Part shown: positions 8,908 through 14,825 of the stretch, in pieces | Layout: each line of letters begins with the position of its first letter | How positions within the stretch are numbered: the stretch's first letter is position 1 | Assembly (NCBI GenBank): GCA_049472355.1 | Contig: JBLIRP010000090.1 | Coordinates: 1-14,825 of the forward strand | DNA length: 14,825 nucleotides | Direction of reading: 5' to 3' | From: a bacterium | GTDB taxonomy: Bacteria; SZUA-182; DTGQ01; JAFGSM01 | Notes under the pieces: model-generated | The model's input: the letters and a program-made list of their open reading frames with translations, nothing else | Told to the model about the DNA's origin: nothing | The model's database searches: none | Position numbers and translations under genes: made by a program

Positions 8908-9323
8908 GTATCTTGTTGATAGAGGACGACCCGATCCATGTAAAGCTGATTAAAAGGGCGCTCGAAAAGGGGGGATATGGCGACAATATCACCTGTATCA
9001 ATGACGGGGAGAAGGCGATGCAATACCTCTTCCCCCAGGACCATACTCAACGGCTTCCGCTCCCCAGGCTCATCATTCTTGACGTAAATCTTCCCAAGAT
9101 AAACGGCATAGAGGTCCTTCGGAGGATCAAGGAAGATGCACGGCTGAGGGGGATTCCGGTGGTAATGCTTACCACCTCAAGCAATCGCGTGGATATGGAG
9201 AATTGTTTTCGCAACGCTGCCAACAGCTATATCATAAAACCCCTCGATTTTCAGAACTTCATCGATAAGATGAGGACCGTTGCCTATTATTGGCTCGAGG
9301 TCAACACCTCGCCCGAGGAATAA
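8904..9323 (+). CDS. Single-domain response regulator, Rcp1-like
   Basis: ILLIEDD, IILDVNLPKINGIEVL, PVVMLTTS, ANSYIIKP and the C-terminal YYW typical of Rcp-like receivers; ATGA overlap with the kinase stop codon. Confidence 0.92.
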   Translation: MSILLIEDDPIHVKLIKRALEKGGYGDNITCINDGEKAMQYLFPQDHTQRLPLPRLIILDVNLPKINGIEVLRRIKEDARLRGIPVVMLTTSSNRVDMENCFRNAANSYIIKPLDFQNFIDKMRTVAYYWLEVNTSPEE

Positions 9324-9370
9324 TCCCCTGTGTCTCATTCGATGAAGCTTTTCGGTCCCTTTGGCGGCCA

Positions 9371-10567
9371 TCATCCCATACCTTCGATATAATCCATGAT
9401 CCTCTCCGCAATCCATCGTTTGTCTCCCTTGGGGAGGGGATGAAGCGTGCCTGATCGGTGGACGAGAGTGACCTGGTTCATATCCGAGTCAAATCCGGCA
9501 TCGGGGAGTGAAATATCGTTGGCGACAATGAGGTCTAGGTTCTTTTGAACCATCTTTTCCCGCGCATGCGGTATAAGATCACGGTCTTCTGCGGCAAATC
9601 CCACCAGGACCTGACCAGGTCTCTTTCGTTTCCCCATTGTGGCAAGGATGTCAGGGGTGGGCTCCAGGCAAAGCTCGGTGAATCCGTGCTGTTTTTTTAT
9701 CTTTGAGTCCCTCTGAGCGACGGGTTTAAAATCGGCAACGGCTGCCGCCATGATGACGAACTCTGCATCGGGAAATGCCTCGTTTACCGCGGATAGCATC
9801 TCATCAGCAGTGGTCACCTTTACCAGTGAGACGCCGGCAGGGGGAGGCAGCGAGGTGGGACCGCTTATCAGGGTGACCCGGGCCCCTCGCACACGGGCTG
9901 CCTCGGCAAGGGCAAACCCCATTTTCCCCGATGATCGATTGGAGATAAACCGCACCGGATCGACAGGCTCCCGTGTGGGACCCGCCGTAACCAGAAATTT
10001 TTTGCCCTTGAATGGGTGCCTCGGGTTCAGGATCTCCTCAACCCTGTCACAGATATCCTCGATCGGCGCCAGGTGGCCTTGCCCGTGTTGGCCGCACGCA
10101 ACCTCGGCCTCGACGGGATCGATGAAGAAGGCCCCTTTTCCCTTGAGGGCTGCGATGTTGGCCTGGACCATCGGATGGGCGTACATCGAGGGATTCATTG
10201 CCGGGGCAATCAGCACGGGAGATCGCTGGGCCAGAAACAGGGCGGACAAGAGGTCGTCGGCGAGTCCGTGGGCAAATGCAGCGATGCAATGGGCGGTGGC
10301 TGGGGCGACCAGAAGAAGATCGTTGTGTTGTGCAAGATGGATATGGGGGATCGGACCGCAGGGGGAGGAAGAAAAAAGATCCGTGGCAACGGCATTGCGG
10401 GAGATCGCGGCGAGGGTCATCGGTGAAATGAAGCGCTGGGAATCAGCGGTCATCACCACCGTTATCTCCAGGTGCCTTTTCTGGAGCTCCCGGATGATAT
10501 CAGCAGCCTTGTATGCGGCAATGCTGCCGGTGACACCGACAATGATTCGTTTGGTGGCGGAATCCAC
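9371..10567 (-). CDS. coaBC: Bifunctional phosphopantothenoylcysteine decarboxylase / synthetase
   Basis: GVTGSIAAYKA, APATA, PAMN, ACGxxGxG, TAGPTREPVDPVRFISNRSSGKMG, AAAVADF, VGFAAE, IVAND. GTG start. Confidence 0.97.
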   Translation of the reverse strand: MDSATKRIIVGVTGSIAAYKAADIIRELQKRHLEITVVMTADSQRFISPMTLAAISRNAVATDLFSSSPCGPIPHIHLAQHNDLLLVAPATAHCIAAFAHGLADDLLSALFLAQRSPVLIAPAMNPSMYAHPMVQANIAALKGKGAFFIDPVEAEVACGQHGQGHLAPIEDICDRVEEILNPRHPFKGKKFLVTAGPTREPVDPVRFISNRSSGKMGFALAEAARVRGARVTLISGPTSLPPPAGVSLVKVTTADEMLSAVNEAFPDAEFVIMAAAVADFKPVAQRDSKIKKQHGFTELCLEPTPDILATMGKRKRPGQVLVGFAAEDRDLIPHAREKMVQKNLDLIVANDISLPDAGFDSDMNQVTLVHRSGTLHPLPKGDKRWIAERIMDYIEGMG

Positions 10568-10612
10568 GGATAATCCCCTACTCGATACAGGCGGCGAATA
10601 ACGCGGTATGGC

Positions 10613-10909
10613 CTAGGATGATACCTGTGCCTCCTGCGAGGATTCCTGAGAGGTAACGGCGTCGGGGGCGGTGGAGTCCTCCTCCTTCTCAGGCTTGTCC
10701 TGGACGATGACCTTGCCCTCCAGGATCTCCAAGAGCGCTATGGTCGGAGGCTTTATCTTCTGCGTCCGTACCAGGGCAACCTGGTTGGAAGGCAATCCCC
10801 TTTCCTTTGCCATGAAATTGAGCTGCTTGCTTCGCTTTGCCGCCCCTAATACGAGCTTGAATTTTGAGGCAACCGGAGATTCTCCGACGCAAATGTCCTT
10901 GTTCTTCAT
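10613..10909 (-). CDS. rpoZ: RNA polymerase omega subunit
   Basis: SKFKLVLGAAKRSKQL and KPPTIALLEI motifs, AGGAGG SD, canonical position between gmk and coaBC. Confidence 0.88.
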   Translation of the reverse strand: MKNKDICVGESPVASKFKLVLGAAKRSKQLNFMAKERGLPSNQVALVRTQKIKPPTIALLEILEGKVIVQDKPEKEEDSTAPDAVTSQESSQEAQVSS

Positions 10910-11003
10910 CTATCCTCCTGATATGCAACGATGGTCTGTGTGGTTAAAAAACCTGCAACCGGTGCATGGCGTGCGAAAGGCGTCCATGCCGGCATCCTCC
11001 CGC

Positions 11004-11633
11004 TCACTGAAGATTGTGGGATTCAAGGATGTGCCGAACAATGGGCCGCCGCCTCTTCAGGCGGCATCGTTCAGCCTGAATGATCCCCTTCAACTCTTCT
11101 ACAGCCATGGTGAAGTCATCATTGATTATGATGTATTGGTATTCTTCAAAGGCCCGCAACTCGGAGATTGCATTCTCCAAACGCAGTTGAATTTCCTCCG
11201 GTTTTTCGGTCTGCCTTTTGCTCAGTCGCGCCTTGAGCTCCTGCAGCGAGGGCGGGATGACGAATATGAAGATTCCCTCCGTATAGACCCTCTTCAACAT
11301 CTTCGCGCCGGAGATATCAATGTCGAGAAGGCAATCGAGTCCCTTGCCTGTCTTATCATTCACAAATTCCTTGGAGGTGCCGTAGTAATGTCCGTGCACC
11401 TGTGCCCATTCTGCGAATTGTCCCTCCTCGATCATCCTTTTGAAGATGTCCTCGGACACATAGAAATAATCCACACCATCCGTCTCTCCCCTTCTCTTTT
11501 TTCTGGTCGTATAGGAGATCGAGTAGGCGAGTCCGGGGACAAGTGACCGTATCGCCCTGCAGATGCTTGTCTTACCGGCACCCGATGGGGCGGATATAAT
11601 AAAAAATATTCCTTTCAGCGAATCCGGTTCCAT
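11004..11633 (-). CDS. gmk: Guanylate kinase
   Basis: SAPSGAGKT P-loop, SISYTTR, GETDGVDYFYV, EWAQVHGHYYGT, IPPSLQELKARL. Confidence 0.97.
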   Translation of the reverse strand: MEPDSLKGIFFIISAPSGAGKTSICRAIRSLVPGLAYSISYTTRKKRRGETDGVDYFYVSEDIFKRMIEEGQFAEWAQVHGHYYGTSKEFVNDKTGKGLDCLLDIDISGAKMLKRVYTEGIFIFVIPPSLQELKARLSKRQTEKPEEIQLRLENAISELRAFEEYQYIIINDDFTMAVEELKGIIQAERCRLKRRRPIVRHILESHNLQ

Positions 11634-11661
11634 TATATAACGTCGTTATCGATAAGGAGCA

Positions 11662-11916
11662 CTACACATCCTGCTGTTCAGACGAGAATCTCTGGGAGAT
11701 GGTCTCCGGCTGAACAGCCGAGAGGATTACATGGTCACTATCGGTGACGATAATGGCCCTCGTTCGCCTCCCATGGGTGGCATCAATCAACTTGTTCTTA
11801 TCCCGCGCCTCCTCTTTGAAGCGTTTCATAGGTGCGGAACTCGGTGTAACAATTGCCACGATGCGGGACCCGACCACGACATTGCCAAAACCTATATTGA
11901 TAAAATTATGCCCCAA
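11662..11916 (-). CDS. remA: RemA/YlzA family (DUF370) regulator
   Basis: [43 protein letters not shown] start after GGAAGGAGG; usual position between yicC and gmk. Confidence 0.92.
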   Translation of the reverse strand: MGHNFINIGFGNVVVGSRIVAIVTPSSAPMKRFKEEARDKNKLIDATHGRRTRAIIVTDSDHVILSAVQPETISQRFSSEQQDV

Positions 11917-11950
11917 GTATGCCTCCTTCCCTCAGGCGGGATTCCCTGTC

Positions 11951-12820
11951 TCATTCGATGTTTTGGATCTGTTCTCGTATCTTTTCCAATTCGGATTTGA
12001 TTTCCACCACACCGGTGGTTATGGGAACATCAAGGGTCTTTGACCCGAGGGTATTTGCCTCACGGTACAACTCCTGCACCAGGAAATCCATCTTCCGTCC
12101 CACCGGCCCGTCCTCTGCCAGGAGATCCCTCATCTGCCGAATGTGGGCATCGAGCCGCACCTTTTCCTCGGTGACATCGGATTTCTCCGCCTGCACTATC
12201 ATTTCCTGCTCCAAACGTTCATCCGGGACCTCGATGTTGAAGGTGTCCCTTATCCTTTCCTGCAAATTGGACCGGTATTCCTTCACCGATATGGGGATTC
12301 GCCTGGCAATCACCTCAAGGTGCGTGGAGATGGCATCCAATCGTGCCTGGATGTCATGACTCAGGGTCTCTCCCTCCCGCCTCCGCATATCCAGAAGATT
12401 CTTCATCGTATCATCCAATGCCTGCCTGATCACCGGCCAAAACTCCTCTTCGGAAAGGCATTCCCTTATCTTGATAACATCCCCGCATCGAAGCACATCC
12501 TGGAGCGATATCCCCTCCCGGATTCCAAGCTCATCCCTGAGGCGATCAAGACATCGGTAATATTGACCCGCCAGAGGGAGATCCACTTCGAGGAGGTCAT
12601 TGGTCCCGGTGTGGTCGATGGTGACACTAACCTCAATCCTTCCTCTATTGATGATACCCTTGAGGTAATTTCTCACCTGTATGTCCAGACCGTTGAACCC
12701 GCGGGGGAGTCGCGTAAAGATATCCAGGAATCGATGGTTGAGTGATTTAATCTCAACGGTCACGGATGAACCGGCATGGTCCACAACACCCCGTGCAAAA
12801 CCTGTCATGCTTTTAATCAT
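11951..12820 (-). CDS. yicC: YicC/YloC family endoribonuclease
   Basis: MIKSMTGF N-terminus, EIKSLNHRFLD, RRREGE, DVTEE, GRKMDFLVQELYREANTLGSK, and C-terminal EKIREQIQNIE. Start at 12820 or 12826. Confidence 0.95.
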   Translation of the reverse strand: MIKSMTGFARGVVDHAGSSVTVEIKSLNHRFLDIFTRLPRGFNGLDIQVRNYLKGIINRGRIEVSVTIDHTGTNDLLEVDLPLAGQYYRCLDRLRDELGIREGISLQDVLRCGDVIKIRECLSEEEFWPVIRQALDDTMKNLLDMRRREGETLSHDIQARLDAISTHLEVIARRIPISVKEYRSNLQERIRDTFNIEVPDERLEQEMIVQAEKSDVTEEKVRLDAHIRQMRDLLAEDGPVGRKMDFLVQELYREANTLGSKTLDVPITTGVVEIKSELEKIREQIQNIE

Positions 12821-12965
12821 TCCCATTACCCAAACATAGTATCTAATCACAGGATTGCTGCGATGCTCATGAAGGATCAACGAACGCTGAAGGCAAAAGG
12901 AGCGTGTATGTTCGTAAGGCCATAGAGCAAACAATTTTACAAAATTCAGTCCTTTTTGTCAATCT

Positions 12966-13000
12966 ATGGTATGATTCATGGTATGATTCATGTATGATTC
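12966..13000. repeat. Tandem direct repeat, 12+12+11 bp
   Basis: ATGGTATGATTC ATGGTATGATTC ATGTATGATTC read directly from the sequence. Confidence 0.85.
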
Positions 13001-13250
13001 GATCGGGAATCCTCATTTTGGACCTTCGGGCCGTGAGCCCACGACGATCCAACATCAAAATTGGAATTCCTGATGATTCGACCGGCAATTGCGATGGTAA
13101 ACCCCCGGTTCAGGGATGTATGCGCACATACGTGCTTCACGGGAATTTCCAAGAGGCATCCCAGTATACCATTGTAAAGGCTCTTCCCGTGATTACGTGA
13201 CGAGGCAATTGGATTTGCGGTAATCTGCGCGGGCCTTGACGGAGGGGCGT

Positions 13251-13287
13251 AAAAAGACAACCCGCCAAGGGGAGATCCCTTGGCGGG
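13251..13287 (-). terminator. Intrinsic terminator of the Gly-rich protein gene
   Basis: Perfect 11-bp stem CCCGCCAAGGG / CCCTTGGCGGG (13261-13287) with a 5-nt loop, followed on the - strand by TTGTCTTTTT; about 20 nt past the stop codon at 13309. Confidence 0.85.
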
Positions 13288-13308
13288 CGGAGATATCGTA
13301 ATGTTGTG

Positions 13309-14268
13309 TTAAATGAGTGCCGGCAGCAGCTCCAGTTCGAATTGACCGACTTCGTATATCTTCACATTTCCACCTTGATAATCCGCAATCTGGTAGGTGC
13401 CCGTCAGGTGGGTCGGGGTATTGAGCGTGCAGATGACATCCACCGTCAGTGGCTTCGGACCGAAGGAGGTCTGTACCGAGCCCTGGAGGGTCACGAGGTT
13501 GTTCGATGCGGTTCCGTTCAAGGTGACCCCCGCACCCAGGAAGGCGTTCAGCTCAAGCACGGCAAATCCGGATACCGAGCCCGCAATAAAGGGATCCTCG
13601 ACGATGTCCAGTGTCATGGGACCGGCGAGGATGGCAGATGCGGTGCTGTCAACCGCGATCCACTGGCCCACCCATGTTCCGTTTTGCTCTGCTATGTAGA
13701 TCGGGAGAAGCGTCGTCCCCGCTATGCCGGCTAGCGGTAGCGTCAAGGCCGGTGAGGGTAAGAGCGAGAGCGGAGAGAACGGCGCGAGCGGCAGGAGTGC
13801 CTGGGTTGCAGCGGTTGGTGTCGCCGTGGTTGTTGGTTTCAGCAGACCCAACTGATTGAGAAGATAACCGGTGCTGAGGAAGTCCTGGGCAAGGCCGTTC
13901 ATACCGTACATGCCACCAAGCCCATAAAGTCCCATGCCGCCGAGTCCGTACAGCCCCATGCCGTAAAGGCCGCCGAGTCCATAGAGCCCCATGCCATACA
14001 GCCCACCAAGTCCATAGAGTCCCATGCCGCCAAGTCCATAGAGCCCCATACCGTACAAGCTGCTGAGTCCATACAATCCGCTGAGTCCGTAGAGTCCCAT
14101 CCCGCTCAAACCATAGATCCCGCCAAGCCCGTATAGCCCGCCGAGGCCGTATATACCGCGCCCCAGGAGCCCACCGTAATAGGCCGAGCCCTGCTGTGGA
14201 AGGATGAGTGAGAAAAGGAGCAGAACGAGGATCGGAAAGATCAAAATCGAAATCTTCTTCTTGGCCAT
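13309..14268 (-). CDS. Secreted protein of unknown function: signal peptide, Gly/Leu/Tyr/Met repeat, Thr/Ala/Pro/Leu linker, C-terminal beta-rich domain
   Basis: AAAGGAGG SD 8 nt before ATG 14268 (ATG 14274 is too close to the SD); MAKKK plus hydrophobic core plus GSA cleavage-like site; own promoter and terminator; repeat variation is largely synonymous. Confidence 0.85.
   Translation of the reverse strand: MAKKKISILIFPILVLLLFSLILPQQGSAYYGGLLGRGIYGLGGLYGLGGIYGLSGMGLYGLSGLYGLSSLYGMGLYGLGGMGLYGLGGLYGMGLYGLGGLYGMGLYGLGGMGLYGLGGMYGMNGLAQDFLSTGYLLNQLGLLKPTTTATPTAATQALLPLAPFSPLSLLPSPALTLPLAGIAGTTLLPIYIAEQNGTWVGQWIAVDSTASAILAGPMTLDIVEDPFIAGSVSGFAVLELNAFLGAGVTLNGTASNNLVTLQGSVQTSFGPKPLTVDVICTLNTPTHLTGTYQIADYQGGNVKIYEVGQFELELLPALI
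13891..14181 (-). repeat. Coding low-complexity repeat, (MG)LYGLGG units
   Basis: About 97 codons with 15 YG dipeptides; MGLYGLGG occurs five times exactly, interspersed with LYG and xYGL(G/S)(G/S) variants. Confidence 0.92.
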
Positions 14269-14366
14269 CTCCATAACCTCCTTTAGGTGAGAGTTAAGAT
14301 CCCTTTTCCTCCTTTACCTTAAAAACTATAAAAAATTTTTTTAAATTTCAGTTAATATTTTTTTGA

Positions 14367-14383
14367 AGCAAGGCCGATGCCAA
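14367..14383 (-). promoter_or_regulatory. sigma-54 (-24/-12) promoter
   Basis: The - strand reads TTGGCATCGGCCTTGCT, i.e. GG-N10-GC closely matching TGGCAC-N5-TTGCW, about 100 nt upstream of the Gly-rich gene and flanked by AT-rich DNA. Confidence 0.8.
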
Positions 14384-14544
14384 AAATAGAAGGGGATATA
14401 TAATGAAATTACTAATTAATTTTCAGACTGTTAGAAGCTTAACACAGGCGAAAATGACTGAGGTGACGATCCTCGCAGGGGGATAAAATCTGGTTGTCTG
14501 TCATAAAATCTATACGAGCACAATGCATATGTGCGGAAATAGAT

Positions 14545-14573
14545 TTGATGCCCCGGGGAAGGTTCTCTATAAT
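14545..14573 (+). promoter_or_regulatory. sigma-70-type promoter for the truncated downstream gene
   Basis: TTGATG (14545-14550), 17-nt spacer, TATAAT (14568-14573). Confidence 0.65.
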
Positions 14574-14667
14574 TGGTATGTTCTTCGTCCTTGGCTGCCG
14601 CCGAATCGAGAGGATGCATCAAAGACCCATTGCTCACCATTGAGCAGCTACAAAAAAGGAAAGTCCA

Positions 14668-14825
14668 GTGGATAGTTTTGTGATAAAGGACATAGTCAAT
14701 GAGCTTCGATCCTGGGCGGTCCCCGGCATTATGCGGGAGATCGTGCAGGCCACGCCGGGCACCCTGTGGTTCAAGATAAAGGGAATGCGTCAGGAATGGG
14801 TACTCCTTGCCGCTGGGGACCCCTT
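14668..14825 (+). CDS. rqcH: 5' end (partial) of a probable NFACT/RqcH (FbpA/YloA-like) ribosome quality-control protein
   Basis: GTG start 7 nt after AAGGA; reads MDSFVIKDIVNELRSWAVPGIMREIVQATPGTLWFKIKGMRQEWVLLAAGDP and stays open to the window end. It resembles the NFACT N-terminus (D...ivxEL...G.I..I.Q...LLLs..P), and its position divergent from the yicC cluster fits. Confidence 0.6.
   Translation, partial: MDSFVIKDIVNELRSWAVPGIMREIVQATPGTLWFKIKGMRQEWVLLAAGDP

Noticed and set aside
9750..11546. Long + strand ORFs (283 aa and 291 aa)
   Set aside because: Antisense to the well-supported coaBC, rpoZ and gmk genes.
12830..13250. tRNA, 6S or SRP RNA, or the short ORFs listed in this gap
   Set aside because: No cloverleaf or T-loop, the candidate rod is too short for 6S, and the ORFs lack recognisable protein features.
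13891..14181. Repetitive DNA considered as a CRISPR array or VNTR
   Set aside because: No unique spacers; units are in-frame multiples of 3 with synonymous variation, so this is a coding repeat. No cas genes are present.

Overview
Bacterial chromosomal segment, probably from an anaerobe (inferred from Rnf, a cytochrome b and a sigma-54 promoter). Housekeeping genes: dacB (-), mnmA (-), the conserved yicC-remA-gmk-rpoZ-coaBC cluster (-), and the probable 5' end of rqcH/NFACT (+, cut by the window edge and absent from the ORF track). Three accessory modules are interleaved. (1) A three-gene operon with its own sigma-70 promoter and an operator-like palindrome encodes a HyaC/FdnI-type di-heme cytochrome b, RnfC and RnfD, with no rnfG/E/A/B. 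It is a candidate minimal NAD(H):quinone oxidoreductase and the most interesting system in the window. (2) Two cytoplasmic, Cys-rich signalling units lie on either side of it: a receiver-first histidine kinase with Glu at the phospho-acceptor position, and a PAS kinase paired with an Rcp1-like receiver. (3) A monocistronic, sigma-54-driven gene encodes a secreted protein with a ~97-residue Gly/Leu/Tyr/Met repeat and lies between rqcH and yicC. All calls come from manual motif reading; no database searches were run.
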